A stretch of 64,000 bases of DNA from Armatimonadota bacterium (GCA_041690135.1 JAWLHY010000001.1:864001-928000), one strand, 5' to 3'; shown: positions 51,724-62,069, counted from the stretch's first letter. Program-made: numbers and translations. The notes: generated by a model from the sequence alone, not told the origin.

Positions 51724-52344
51724 TTAGTGGGCCGCGTGCACGTCCACCAGCTCGACGTCGAAGATCAGGTCGGCGTTCCCCGGGATCGGGCCGCCCGGCG
51801 TGCCGGTTTCTCCGTAGCCTAGCTTGGAGGGGATCACGAGTTGGCGCTTCTCACCGACTTTCATCCCCTTGACGCCTTCATCCCACCCGGGGATCACGTT
51901 GCCCCGGCCCAGCGTGAAGTGGATCGGTTCGTTCCGGTCGAGCGAGCTATCGAACTTCTCGCCGTTGCTCTTCAGCCACCCGGTGTAATGGACGGCCACA
52001 TCCTGGCCCGGCTCGGCTACCTTGCCGTTCCCTTCCTTCAGCACGGCGTAGGCAAGTCCGCTCTCCGTGACCTGATACTTGGACGGGTCCACCTTCGCCC
52101 AGGGGCCATTGGGGACTTCGACTTTGCCACCGGACGCTGCCTTCTCGGTGCCATGGGCATCCTTATCCTCGGACGCAGCCTCCTCCGAACCATGGGATTC
52201 CGCGGGCGCGTTTCCTTCGCCCGGTGCGTTCGTCGAAGAGGCCGTTGGCGTCCCGTCGGTCGGCGCGGCCGCCTGCTCGCTCGGGCCGCAGCCCCCTACC
52301 GTGATCAACAGACCGGCCAGTGCCGGCGCAATGAACCAGCGCAT
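51724..52344 (-). CDS. FKBP-type peptidyl-prolyl isomerase (probable lipoprotein)
   Basis: [32 protein letters not shown]; VGGC lipobox-like. Confidence 0.93.
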   Translation of the reverse strand: MRWFIAPALAGLLITVGGCGPSEQAAAPTDGTPTASSTNAPGEGNAPAESHGSEEAASEDKDAHGTEKAASGGKVEVPNGPWAKVDPSKYQVTESGLAYAVLKEGNGKVAEPGQDVAVHYTGWLKSNGEKFDSSLDRNEPIHFTLGRGNVIPGWDEGVKGMKVGEKRQLVIPSKLGYGETGTPGGPIPGNADLIFDVELVDVHAAH

Positions 52345-53178
52345 TTACTTTTTGAGCTCCTCTGCTCGAATGAGATGGACATCGAAGACCAGGGTCGCGT
52401 TGGGCGGGATCGGCCCCCCCGGCGTCCCGGAATCCCCGTAACCCAGCTTGGCGGGAATGACGAGCTGGCGCTTCTCGCCCGGCTTCATTCCCTGCACCCC
52501 CTCGTCCCAGCCCGGAATCACCTGGCCTTGCCCGAGAGGGAATACAAAAGACTGCCCGCGGTCGATCGAGCTGTCGAATTTCTTGCCGTTGGTAAGCCAA
52601 CCCGTGTAGTGGACGGTGACAAGTTGCCCCTTCTTGGCGGCCTCACCCTTGCCCTCCGTCAGCACAGAGTACTTCAGGCCGCTCTTCGTGGTCTTCAGGT
52701 CCTTCTCGGCCACTTTGGCCGGTTTCTCGGCCGGCTCGAAAGTACCGACGATCTCGACCATCTCCACCTCGAACGTGAGGGTACTGTTGGCGGGGATCAA
52801 GCCGCCTCCGATCTCACGGTCACCGTAGGCGAGCTTGGGCGGGATGATCAATTGGCGCTTCTCGCCGGCCGTCATGCCCTGGAGACCTTCATCCCAGCCC
52901 GGAATGACCAGCCCGCGGCCCACGATCAATTCGAACGGGCGCTTGCGGCGGTGGGAGCTGTCGAACTCTTTGCCGCTATCCAGCCAACCGGTGTAATGCA
53001 CCAGCACCTGCTGGTTCTTCGCTACGGCCGGCCCGCTTCCGGGCTTCAACACCGCATATTTCAGGCCGCTTTCGGTGGTCTTCACGTTTTTCGCGTCTAC
53101 CTTGACCGGCTCCGCCCAGGCGGCCCCGGCGATCAGGAGCGCGGCCCCGATGAGCGGCGCTCGAACTGTTCGGATCAT
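52345..53178 (-). CDS. Secreted double-domain FKBP-type peptidyl-prolyl isomerase
   Basis: Signal peptide from MIRTVRA; two FKBP domains. Confidence 0.92.
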   Translation of the reverse strand: MIRTVRAPLIGAALLIAGAAWAEPVKVDAKNVKTTESGLKYAVLKPGSGPAVAKNQQVLVHYTGWLDSGKEFDSSHRRKRPFELIVGRGLVIPGWDEGLQGMTAGEKRQLIIPPKLAYGDREIGGGLIPANSTLTFEVEMVEIVGTFEPAEKPAKVAEKDLKTTKSGLKYSVLTEGKGEAAKKGQLVTVHYTGWLTNGKKFDSSIDRGQSFVFPLGQGQVIPGWDEGVQGMKPGEKRQLVIPAKLGYGDSGTPGGPIPPNATLVFDVHLIRAEELKK

Positions 53179-53403
53179 CTGCAGTCTCCCGGCATTGCCC
53201 CGGATCCGGCCGCGGGCAGAAATGGGGTTGCGTTGGACAATTATGTTGCCTTTGGTGGCCTTCTGCCCGCACCTTCTACCGCTTCGGGACCCGCGATGGT
53301 TCCATTTCGCGCGTTTGGCTCCGGAGGTCAGGCAGGAACCCGCTTCTTTCCCGGAGTATGGTTGAGGGGCGATGCTCCGGGAACCTGCAACGAAGGGATG
53401 AGA

Positions 53404-54366
53404 ATGAAAGCGATCCGTGTGCAAGAATTTGGCGCTCCCGCCGTGATGCGGCTGGAAGAAGTAGCGGACCCGCAGCCCGGCGCCGGACAGGTGCTGGTAC
53501 GCGTGAAGGCAGCCGGAGTCAACCCGGTCGATACCTACATCCGCTCCGGCATCTACGCCAACCGCCCACCGCTCCCCTATACGCCCGGGTCGGATGCCGC
53601 GGGAGTGGTGGAAGCCGTGGGGGAAGGAGTCACCGCGTTTGCTCCTGGCGACCGGGTGTATACTTCCGGCACTCTCAGCGGGGCTTACGCGGAGCTCGCC
53701 CTGTGCAGCGAGGCGCAGTTGCACACGCTGCCGGAAAGGGTTTCCTTTGAGCAGGGCGCCGGCGTGAACGTACCCTACGCCACGGCCTACCGCTCGCTCT
53801 TCTATCGGGCGCACGCGCAGCCGAATGAAACCGTCCTGGTGCATGGGGCTTCCGGCGGGGTGGGCATCGCCGCTGTCCAGATCGCGGTCGCGCATGGCAT
53901 GTGGGTCTTCGGAACGGCCAGCTCGGAGCGCGGACAGGAGCTGGTCCGCGCCCAGGGCGCCCAACACGTTCTCGACCACAGCGATCCGGGATACCTCCAG
54001 CAGGTTCTGGACCTGACCGGGGGCCAGGGGGTGGATCTGATCCTGGAGATGCTCGCGAACGTAAATCTGGGGAAGGACCTGACGGTCCTGGCGAAAGGCG
54101 GACGGGTGGTCGTTATCGGCTCCCGCGGCACCGTCGAGATCAACCCGCGAGATGTGATGGCACGGGACGCCGCGATCCTGGGAATGCTCCTGTTCAACGC
54201 GAGCGAGAAGGAACTGGCCGCCATCCATGCCGCCCTGGTCGCGGGTCTCGCCAACGGCTCGCTCAATCCGATTGTGGGAGAGGAGATCCCACTGGCAGAT
54301 GCCCCGCGGGCGCACGAAGCGGTGATGGCGTCCGGCGCCTACGGTAAGATCGTGCTGAAGCCTTGA
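53404..54366 (+). CDS. NADPH:quinone reductase (zeta-crystallin/MDR family)
   Basis: AGVNPVDTY, PYTPGSD, LVHGASGGVG, GKIVL. Confidence 0.92.
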   Translation: MKAIRVQEFGAPAVMRLEEVADPQPGAGQVLVRVKAAGVNPVDTYIRSGIYANRPPLPYTPGSDAAGVVEAVGEGVTAFAPGDRVYTSGTLSGAYAELALCSEAQLHTLPERVSFEQGAGVNVPYATAYRSLFYRAHAQPNETVLVHGASGGVGIAAVQIAVAHGMWVFGTASSERGQELVRAQGAQHVLDHSDPGYLQQVLDLTGGQGVDLILEMLANVNLGKDLTVLAKGGRVVVIGSRGTVEINPRDVMARDAAILGMLLFNASEKELAAIHAALVAGLANGSLNPIVGEEIPLADAPRAHEAVMASGAYGKIVLKP

Positions 54367-54501
54367 GGGTGTTCAGGCGTTGGGCGCCCGGGAGCCAACA
54401 GGTAAGCGGCGTGGGGGCCTTTGCCTGAACGAACCTGAGAGGCAGGTGGATCGCCTGAAGGAGTGGAGAGAGTTGGAGATCCAGCCCCGGAGACACTCGG
54501 A

Positions 54502-55146
54502 ATGCAACAGCCGCCTGAATATCCTGGTCCCCCATCCAACAGTCCCCACCTGCCGCCCTCCGCGCCGGGATCTCCTCCCAGCCGGCGGGGAGCACCCTGG
54601 TGGGCCTGGCTGCTTGGTGGATGTGCGGGCTGTGGCGTCGTTACCGCGGTGTTGGTGTTCTTTCTCGTAACGTCCGCTACCGGCCTGGTGCGTTCCATTA
54701 ACACTAACGTAGGGTCAGTCACGGTCGACACTGTGCAGCAGTCCCTGGGCGAGGTGCCCCTCTACCCGGGCAGCCAGCTCGATGAAGACCAGACGCGAGC
54801 CCTTATCCTCACCCTGCGCGCGGGGGAGAACCTGGTCGGCAGGATGTCCGGAAAAGATGTCCAGGGGATGTTCTCCGGCCTGGCGATGCTCTCCACTGCG
54901 GACCCGCCGGAAAAGGTCCTGGCCTACTACGACCAACGGTTGCAGGCAGCGGGCTGGAAAGTCTCTCGCTCCCAGGATACGGCCTTCCAGGAACAGCGGA
55001 TCTACACCCGGGGTGGGGAGTCGGTGATCGTTCAGACCCAGCAGCAACCCGGCGGAACGATCATCACGCTCATGCGCGGTGGGCGTGGAATGCAGGCGCC
55101 GGCTGGCGGAGCAACCCCGAAAAACAGCCCGGTGAACGAGGAGTAG
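54502..55146 (+). CDS. Membrane-anchored hypothetical protein
   Basis: Pro-rich N-terminus, WWAWLLGGCAGC TM helix, VPLYPGS and YYDQRLQAAGW motifs. Confidence 0.7.
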   Translation: MQQPPEYPGPPSNSPHLPPSAPGSPPSRRGAPWWAWLLGGCAGCGVVTAVLVFFLVTSATGLVRSINTNVGSVTVDTVQQSLGEVPLYPGSQLDEDQTRALILTLRAGENLVGRMSGKDVQGMFSGLAMLSTADPPEKVLAYYDQRLQAAGWKVSRSQDTAFQEQRIYTRGGESVIVQTQQQPGGTIITLMRGGRGMQAPAGGATPKNSPVNEE

Positions 55147-55151
55147 CGCAA

Positions 55152-55517
55152 GTGTTCGTGAGAAACCTGGATGCCTGCGAAGTGATCACGGCCAACGACC
55201 TGACGGAGCTTCGGGAACTGTTCCACCCCGGGAAGGATGCACTGCCCGTCGGCTACAGCCTTGCCCACGCCGTGATCCGGCCGGGCGAACGATCGGTCCG
55301 GCACCACCTGGAGGGGGCGAGTGAGGTGTATTACCTGCTCTCCGGCAGGGGGAAGATGCACATCAATGCCGAGGTGCGGGAAGTACGTGCGGGAGACGCT
55401 CTGTTGATCCCGGCCGGAGCAGTACAATACCTGGAGAACACCGGAGACGAGGACCTGGCCTTCCTGGCGATCGTCGAGCCGGCGTGGCGCGCGGAGATCG
55501 ACGTCCGCGACGAGTGA
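55152..55517 (+). CDS. Cupin domain protein
   Basis: PGE.S..HH....EVYYLLSGRG..GD..LIPAG. Confidence 0.88.
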   Translation: MFVRNLDACEVITANDLTELRELFHPGKDALPVGYSLAHAVIRPGERSVRHHLEGASEVYYLLSGRGKMHINAEVREVRAGDALLIPAGAVQYLENTGDEDLAFLAIVEPAWRAEIDVRDE

Positions 55518-55527
55518 ACCGGACAAT

Positions 55528-55553
55528 AAAAAAGCCGCCCACAGAGGGGCGGC
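55528..55553 (-). terminator. Intrinsic terminator (minus strand)
   Basis: gccgcccc-tctgt-gggcggc followed by T6; a second hairpin lies at 55701-55735. Confidence 0.7.
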
Positions 55554-55791
55554 CAAGCACTGGCTGATCAAGAAGGAGTAACACGCTTCATCCTTCCAGC
55601 CCTATCTTAGCCAGATTTGCCGCATCCCAAACTTGATTTGCGCAAATCTTTTATGCCGGTGATATTACGCCTCCTCGCAGCCCTGGCGAGAGGCTGAATC
55701 AGAAGGGGGAAGGCGGGTGCCTTCCCCCTCGTTCTTCTCCGCACCTACGCGTGCGCAGGTCTCGGGAAGCACCACCGGTCTCTCTTCAGGA

Positions 55792-56997
55792 TCAATCTTC
55801 CGCCGGAGGCGTTTTCGCCTGCACGGTGAACCCACCCACGGCTACAGGCCCCGTGAGCGTGAGCACGGGATCCCCTTCGATCTGGAGGTAAGCCGTATCG
55901 GGGCTCAGCCGGCTATTTCCGTTGTCGATGATCGTAAGCGTGAAGGCTCGGCCACGCACCCGGTTAACGGTCGCGACACCTGTAATCACTGCCCGGTTTC
56001 CGTTGAAGACTTCCACCGACTGGATGCGGGTACTCCGCACGTGGAGCCGTGCCCGCGGGTCCAGGAAGACAAAACTTCCCACCGGCTTCTTCCGCAGCGA
56101 GTTCGCGCGCACGTTGAAGATCGCCCGGTTCTCGCCGACCTGCAGGATCGAGTTGCCCGCGACCAGGCCCGGGAAGCCCGCCTCGGCCACCAGTTGATCC
56201 GAAACAAACCAACCGCCCTGTCCGTTGGGCGTGAAAACGATCGTCAGCCCCTCCAGGTCGGAGTCCTCGGGAACGTCAGCATCGATGTCGAAGTGCTCAT
56301 ACACGGTGCCCTCCGTGCCCGTGTTGAAGTTCCGGTTCGCCGACAGATCGATCTCCGCCGGAATGGTCGGCTCACCTGCCGCTCTTACCTCTTTCACCGG
56401 TCCCCCGCCGGGAAGATCGCCCGGCGTCACCCCAACCAGGATGTCATCGCCTCCGGAAGGGGCGTCGACGGTGGAGATGAGCACTCGTCCGTCCTGCAGG
56501 ATCTGGATCTGGAAGGTGTTGATGATACTTTCGTCGTCATAGGTGGGCACCTGCTCCCAGGTGAACACCGCACGGTCCGGGAAGAGGCGGTAACGCACGG
56601 CACCGCCGTCCCGCGGGTCCAGGTCGTGCCAGGCGCCGGCGATGCGGGGGCCTTCCGTTACGAATTCGAACGGATCGCCGTCACAGCAATCGTCGTCGTC
56701 GTTGTCGCCCAGCCAGATGAACCCGTTGTCGGTGACCGTCACCTGGGTGTAGACCTGCCCCTGGAACGGAAAGTTGAAGCCCAGGTCGATGAGCGCTGTA
56801 TCGTCATCTCCGAACTCCAGGTTGGTGCCCGTGTCAACTTCATAGTACGGGGGCAAGGGCACCTTAACGCCGGCTTCCGCCCGGCGGGGCTGTACCGCAC
56901 CGCTAAAAACCAACCCACCGAGCGCCGCACAAAGCACGCCCGTACCCAGGGCGCGCTTCGCCCCGGAACGCATCCACGAAGTCCTCTTCAGCAACAT
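55792..56997 (-). CDS. Secreted protein with nidogen/NIDO-like domain and C-terminal beta domain
   Basis: Signal peptide (AEA); DDD..IDLGFNFPFQG..V.DNGFI..IAGAWHDLDP..FTWEQV..NTFQIQI. Confidence 0.7.
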   Translation of the reverse strand: MLLKRTSWMRSGAKRALGTGVLCAALGGLVFSGAVQPRRAEAGVKVPLPPYYEVDTGTNLEFGDDDTALIDLGFNFPFQGQVYTQVTVTDNGFIWLGDNDDDDCCDGDPFEFVTEGPRIAGAWHDLDPRDGGAVRYRLFPDRAVFTWEQVPTYDDESIINTFQIQILQDGRVLISTVDAPSGGDDILVGVTPGDLPGGGPVKEVRAAGEPTIPAEIDLSANRNFNTGTEGTVYEHFDIDADVPEDSDLEGLTIVFTPNGQGGWFVSDQLVAEAGFPGLVAGNSILQVGENRAIFNVRANSLRKKPVGSFVFLDPRARLHVRSTRIQSVEVFNGNRAVITGVATVNRVRGRAFTLTIIDNGNSRLSPDTAYLQIEGDPVLTLTGPVAVGGFTVQAKTPPAED

Positions 56998-57218
56998 CCG
57001 GAAAATCCTCGCGCACAGAGGTACCGCTTCTCCGGCACTCCCCTGGCAGTTACATCCAAGCGGGGTTTATCGACCACCAGTCAAAGATGACTTCTGGTCA
57101 ATAAGACCCTCGTTGTCTGCAGCCCTGGCGGCTGCCTCCTCTATCCTTATCGCGCTTCGAAGAGTTCCGTGTAGTTCTGCCAGGCAGCAACCGGCTGATT
57201 TCCACCCAAAGGGGGAAG

Positions 57219-58574
57219 CTAGCGGTCGAAGTACGGGTAGTCAACCAGCACCCGCCGCAGCTCTTCGGCCGTGGTGTGGCCTTCGCGGACGAGCTTACGC
57301 CCGGCGTCCGGAAGCGAGCCCGTCTCTCCGGGGAACAGAGCCGCTCCCAGCAACCCGGTTGCCTCACCCGCCGTGATCTTTTTCCGCACTTCCTCGTCCA
57401 CTTCGACCATTTCATAGAAAGGGAGACGACCGTGATATCCGCTACCGGAGCAGGCGTCGCAGCCCGCACCCCGCAAGAAGGCCCCCCCACCCGGTTCCAG
57501 CCCCACCGATTGGAGCAACGCTGAGTCCGGGTCGTACTCGACGCGGCACTGCCGGCACGAGTGCCGGACCAGGCGCATGCCAATCAGCCCTATCAGTACC
57601 GATCCCAGTTGAAACCGGCTGGCGCCTGCTTCGCGGAGTTGTTCGAGGATTTGTAAAGCACTGGCGGCGGTCATCTGAGTCAGCACCAGATGTCCCGTGA
57701 CTGAAGTGCGAATCGCCAGGTCCAGGGTCTCCCGGTCCGGCAGATCCCCCACGAAGACCACATCCGGGTCGCAGCCCCGAAGCAGGTGGCGGAGCGCGGC
57801 GGCGAAGGAGAGGCCGCGGTCAACATCAACCTGGGTTTGCGAGAGCCCTTCCAGCCGGTAAGCGACCCGTTCCTCCAGAGTCATCAAGTTGGCTCCGCCC
57901 GCTTCCCGGTCCAGGAGGTGCTGGAGGATTCCGTAGATCAAGGTTGTCTTGCCGCTCCCGACGGGCCCCCCTACAACCAGGAGCCCATTCGGTTGCCGAA
58001 GAATCCGGTACAGCGTTTCGGTTTGACGAGGCGAAAGGTGCATCCGCTCCAACGGAGGAGGGCGCCTCTCAACCGGGACCATCCCGAGCGTCAGGTGCTC
58101 GCCGAAGACGGTAGGCATCACGGCCAAGCGCACGTCGTACTCTCCAGCCTGGTGAGGAACGATGAATCTTCCGGCTTGCGGTAGATCATGCCGCTCCAGG
58201 TCGCACTGAGCCAGCAGTTTGAACCGGTCGACCACCGGCTTCCATTCGTTGCGGGAAAGGGATGCGAAAGGCTCCAGGCGGCCGTCGATCCGGAAGGAGA
58301 TAGCAAGCTCGGACCGGCGGGGCGCCAGGTGGATATCCGTAGCTCCCTGCTGAAGGGCGTCCTGGAGGAGCGAGTGGGCCAACCGGACGATACTCGCTTC
58401 TCGGGCTCCTTCCAGCGTCTCCAGCACTTCCCGTTCCCGACGCACCTCCTCGCGTAGCCGGGGATCCGTGGTGAGCAGCCCTTCGAAGGCTTCCAGTTCG
58501 GCTCCCGCAAGCTCACCGCGAAAGAACGGCAGAATATTCTCTCGAGCCCATTCCGGATCAAGCTGGCGCTTCAT
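57219..58574 (-). CDS. GspE/PulE/PilB-family ATPase with anti-sigma-like N-terminal domain (degenerate active site)
   Basis: AAGGAG RBS, ATG at 58574; ATDIH..FRIDG, PQAGR, Walker A GPVGSGKTT, DPDVVFVGD, TGHLVL, two CxxC, TTAEELRRV. Confidence 0.88.
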   Translation of the reverse strand: MKRQLDPEWARENILPFFRGELAGAELEAFEGLLTTDPRLREEVRREREVLETLEGAREASIVRLAHSLLQDALQQGATDIHLAPRRSELAISFRIDGRLEPFASLSRNEWKPVVDRFKLLAQCDLERHDLPQAGRFIVPHQAGEYDVRLAVMPTVFGEHLTLGMVPVERRPPPLERMHLSPRQTETLYRILRQPNGLLVVGGPVGSGKTTLIYGILQHLLDREAGGANLMTLEERVAYRLEGLSQTQVDVDRGLSFAAALRHLLRGCDPDVVFVGDLPDRETLDLAIRTSVTGHLVLTQMTAASALQILEQLREAGASRFQLGSVLIGLIGMRLVRHSCRQCRVEYDPDSALLQSVGLEPGGGAFLRGAGCDACSGSGYHGRLPFYEMVEVDEEVRKKITAGEATGLLGAALFPGETGSLPDAGRKLVREGHTTAEELRRVLVDYPYFDR

Positions 58575-59142
58575 CTCCTTGATGTCCTTCCTCTGCATCC
58601 AGAGCATCCACGGCGCGCCGCAGCCGGCGGAGCGCTTCCGACATCCGCGACTTGACCGTCCCGAGCGGAATGCCGAGTTGCGCGGCGACCTCGGCATAGC
58701 TCATTTCTTCAAACTGACAGAGCTCAAAAACCACCCTGTACCGGGCGGGGAGCTCCGAGACCGCACTTAGCAGGTGATGGAGGCGGTCCCGGCCCAACGC
58801 AACGGCCTGCGGGTCCCGGGAAGCAAAGGCTGTTTCCGCCATTGCTTCCTCCAACCGGACCGGCGAAGGGTCCCGGCGGAACTTCTTCCGCTGGTTCCAC
58901 CAGAAGTGGCGGGCAATCTGAAACAAGTAAGCCGAGAAACTACCCGACGGTTCATAGCGCTCCCGGGTCCGCCACAGGCGAAATAGAGTTTCCTGGGTGT
59001 AGTCGTCCGCAAGAGACCGGTCGGCAAGCAAGGAAGCGAAGAACCGTTGGAGCGGTTCCCGGTGGCGGGCAGTGAGTTCGCGGAAGGCCGTTACGTCCCC
59101 CTCCCGGACTCGCAGCATCAGTTCGATGTCGGTTGGCTCCAT
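58558..59142 (-). CDS. ECF-family RNA polymerase sigma factor
   Basis: GDVTAFREL, ADDYTQETLFRLW, FSAYLFQIA, LPARYR..MSYAEVA..IPLGTVKSRM. Confidence 0.93.
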   Translation of the reverse strand: MEPTDIELMLRVREGDVTAFRELTARHREPLQRFFASLLADRSLADDYTQETLFRLWRTRERYEPSGSFSAYLFQIARHFWWNQRKKFRRDPSPVRLEEAMAETAFASRDPQAVALGRDRLHHLLSAVSELPARYRVVFELCQFEEMSYAEVAAQLGIPLGTVKSRMSEALRRLRRAVDALDAEEGHQGDEAPA

Positions 59143-59170
59143 GCGTGGCGATCCCGTTCCCTCATGCTCC

Positions 59171-59196
59171 TTAGTTCTCGCCCGCACGCAAAGTTC
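59171..59196 (-). promoter_or_regulatory. Candidate ECF-type (autoregulatory) promoter
   Basis: Minus strand GAACTT-15-ACTAA about 30 nt upstream of the ECF start; resembles SigmaE-type GAACTT..TCTAA. Confidence 0.35.
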
Positions 59197-59216
59197 GATA
59201 CCGTTAACCGGAAATC

Positions 59217-60026
59217 TTGAGAAAGGCGTACCTCTTGCCTGCCAATTCCTCGAAAGTCGTGTTGATCACTGGCGCCAGCAGCGGGCTGGGGGCCGCCGCT
59301 GCCCAGGCGTGTGCCGCCGCCGGGCATCGCGTCGTGCTGGCCGCCCGCCGCATGGATCGTCTCCAACAGGTTGCCGATGCCATTGGCCGCTCCGAAAATG
59401 TCTTGCTGATTCCCACCGACATCCGCAGTCTCGAGAGCATTCAAGCCATGGTGCGGATTGCCGAGGAGCGGTTCGGACAGATCGACGTCCTGGTAGCCAA
59501 CGCCGGGGTCGGTAAGTGGGAGCCGCTACACGATAGCAACGAGGACACGCTCCTCTGGCAGATGGACGTAAACGTGTTGGGCGTGGTCCGGTGTGCCCGC
59601 GAGGTGCTGCCAGGAATGCTCCAGCGGAAGAGCGGACACATCATCACCGTCGCCTCCGTAGCCGGAGAGATCCCCTCCGCGGGGACTTCCATCTACTCGG
59701 CGACCAAGGCCGCGGTGATTGGATTTTCCGAGGGACTGCGCCGCGAGGTGGAAGCGTCCGGCGTCCGGGTCACCTGCATTCAGCCCGGGTTCATTCAGAG
59801 CGAGATGACCGAGGGGAACCCTTTCCCAATGCCGCCGGCTTCCGTCGTAGGGGATCTCGTGGTGCGGCTCATCCGGCGGCCGGTACGACGCGCGGTGGTC
59901 CCCCGCTGGTATGGCGCCGGGATCTGGCTCAACCGTTTTCTCCCGGCCTGGATCGATCTCATCGCCTGGAGCATGCATCAGAGGATCGCCGATCATGCTA
60001 AGGAACGTGGCGCTTCCGAGTCGTAG
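59217..60026 (+). CDS. SDR family oxidoreductase
   Basis: TGASSGLG, ANAG, YSATK. Confidence 0.9.
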   Translation: MRKAYLLPANSSKVVLITGASSGLGAAAAQACAAAGHRVVLAARRMDRLQQVADAIGRSENVLLIPTDIRSLESIQAMVRIAEERFGQIDVLVANAGVGKWEPLHDSNEDTLLWQMDVNVLGVVRCAREVLPGMLQRKSGHIITVASVAGEIPSAGTSIYSATKAAVIGFSEGLRREVEASGVRVTCIQPGFIQSEMTEGNPFPMPPASVVGDLVVRLIRRPVRRAVVPRWYGAGIWLNRFLPAWIDLIAWSMHQRIADHAKERGASES

Positions 60027-60157
60027 CCAAACCCAACCGCCAAGACGCCGAAAACGCCAAGAGAAAGGAAGTAGCGAGCTCAAGTCTTGGCGGTACGACG
60101 AGATGCGGATGTTATTTGGTCTTCATTCGAAATCCATAGCGACGAGAGTTCTGGCGA

Positions 60158-61975
60158 GTGGACATAAGAAGAGCGGACAACCCGGATAGGAAGGACGGCA
60201 GGGTCACCCTTGGGGCCTCGGGCCTAGAAGGGTGCCGGCTCCGGCAACCGTGGCTCAAGACACTGGGCGCCCTTGCCTGGGGGCTCATGCTCTCCGGATG
60301 CGGAAAAGGGCTGCCTGGTTCGCCGCCTTCCTCCCCCCTTCGCTTCACCGCCCTCGGTCCCGAGACGGGGGTTACCTTTCGGCACGATGCCGGCGCGGAC
60401 GGATCGCAGCAGCTCCATCAACAGTTGGGGGGAGGGTGCGCCGTCTTCGATTTCAATAACGACGGCTGGCTCGATCTCTACTTCGTGCAGGGTGCCCCAC
60501 CCACCGGAGATGGCCAGGACCCCCGTTGGAGCAACCGCCTCTATCAGGGCGGCCCTGGGTGGCGATTCACGGATGTCACGGATCGGGCCGGGGTTGCGGG
60601 CCGCATTGGTACCGGCAAATCCTTTGGCGTTGGCTGTGCCGTCGGCGACTGGGATCGGGACGGCGATGAGGATCTACTCGTCACCACGCGAGACGGCATC
60701 CTCTTCTATGGCAATCAGGGTGACGGTACGTTCCGTGACGAGAGCGTGAATGCCGGGCTGCCGCAAGAGGGGTTCTGGACGAGTGCCACCTTCCTGGACT
60801 TTGACCGCGACGGCTGGCTGGATCTCTACCTCTGCCGGTACACGCCGCCCGGAGCAAAGACCAACACTCCGCCGGCCTCCGCCGGTTCCAAGCCGACTCC
60901 GGATTCGGAAAATCCGGCGCGGACGACCTCACGGCTCTACCGCAATGTGGGGGGGCAGGTGTTTCGGGACGTTACCGCGGAGGCCGGCACGCTGGAGCCG
61001 AACAGTCACGCCCTGGGGGTCCTGGCCAGTGACCTTGACGGAGACGGTTGGCCCGACCTTTGCGTCACCAACGACGGAGTGCGCAACTTCCTCTTCCGCA
61101 ATGACCGTGGGGTCTTTCTGGAACGGGGGCGTGATGCGGGCGTGGCGGTGGACGAGTCGGGGGTGGCCCGTCCCAGCCGGGGCCTTTGCGGAGCCGACGT
61201 TAACGGTGATCTGGCTCCCGACCTGTTTTTGACTACCGGAGAACGCCATCCTAACTTACTCTTCCTCGGCGGGAATGATCTAACCCTAAAGGAAGGCGCG
61301 GCTGCGGCGGGACTGTCGCCCGACACCTCCATGTCCGCGTGGGGCTCCGCTTTCGCCGACTTCGATCTCGACGGTCGGACCGATCTGGTGGTGCTGGGAG
61401 GTGCGTCCCAGCAAGCGGTTGGCGCGGGTTCGGCAGCGGGCGGTGCGCAGCGTCCCCGGCTCTACCGGGGTGAGGGCGGCGGCATGTTCCGGTCGGCCGG
61501 GGAACAGGCGGGGTCCTGGTTCCGGGAAGCGCACGATGGGCGCGGGATCGCAACCGGTGACCTGGATCAGGATGGGGACCTGGACCTGGTCGTAACGCGT
61601 CTGAACGGTACGCCGGTCCTGCTTCGCAACGACCACCGAGCGAAGAACCACTGGCTCCAGCTACGCCTAGTGGGGACCGAGAGCAATCTCTCCGGGATCG
61701 GGGCTCGGGTGACGGCTATCGTGGATGGCCAGCCACGCATGGCAGAGGCCCGCTCCGGGGCCGGCTATCTCTGCGCGCAGAGCCCTACCGTCGCTTTCGG
61801 CCTGGGCACTGCGCAGGCCCTGGACGGTCTGGAAGTTCGCTGGCCCTCCGGGGCGGTGGACGCGCTTCCGCCCGTGCTCGGCGACCGGGTCATCATCCTG
61901 AAGGAAGGCGGCGACCTTCTGCCCACTCCGACCTCTTCTGCAGAACCCCAGGCACGTGGCAGTCTGAAGCGCTAG
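60158..61975 (+). CDS. CRTAC1/ASPIC-UnbV family protein with FG-GAP repeats
   Basis: Repeated DxDxDGxxDL motifs, NHWLQLRLVG..GIGARV, FGLG, EVRWPSG; LSGC lipobox-like; start uncertain. Confidence 0.88.
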   Translation: MDIRRADNPDRKDGRVTLGASGLEGCRLRQPWLKTLGALAWGLMLSGCGKGLPGSPPSSPLRFTALGPETGVTFRHDAGADGSQQLHQQLGGGCAVFDFNNDGWLDLYFVQGAPPTGDGQDPRWSNRLYQGGPGWRFTDVTDRAGVAGRIGTGKSFGVGCAVGDWDRDGDEDLLVTTRDGILFYGNQGDGTFRDESVNAGLPQEGFWTSATFLDFDRDGWLDLYLCRYTPPGAKTNTPPASAGSKPTPDSENPARTTSRLYRNVGGQVFRDVTAEAGTLEPNSHALGVLASDLDGDGWPDLCVTNDGVRNFLFRNDRGVFLERGRDAGVAVDESGVARPSRGLCGADVNGDLAPDLFLTTGERHPNLLFLGGNDLTLKEGAAAAGLSPDTSMSAWGSAFADFDLDGRTDLVVLGGASQQAVGAGSAAGGAQRPRLYRGEGGGMFRSAGEQAGSWFREAHDGRGIATGDLDQDGDLDLVVTRLNGTPVLLRNDHRAKNHWLQLRLVGTESNLSGIGARVTAIVDGQPRMAEARSGAGYLCAQSPTVAFGLGTAQALDGLEVRWPSGAVDALPPVLGDRVIILKEGGDLLPTPTSSAEPQARGSLKR

Positions 61976-62069
61976 CGGTCTGCAGATCGCTAGCGGCCCC
62001 GCCAGCCGATCCACCGGAGCACCCCAAGTGAGCGCATTCGCTGATCGACTGTTTGATGCAACGCAATTG

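Noticed and set aside
51841-54366. Apparent 841-aa and 656-aa fusion ORFs around the FKBP and quinone reductase genes
   Set aside because: The N-terminal extensions are antisense read-through of the divergent neighbours; plausible starts are 53178 (-) and 53404 (+)
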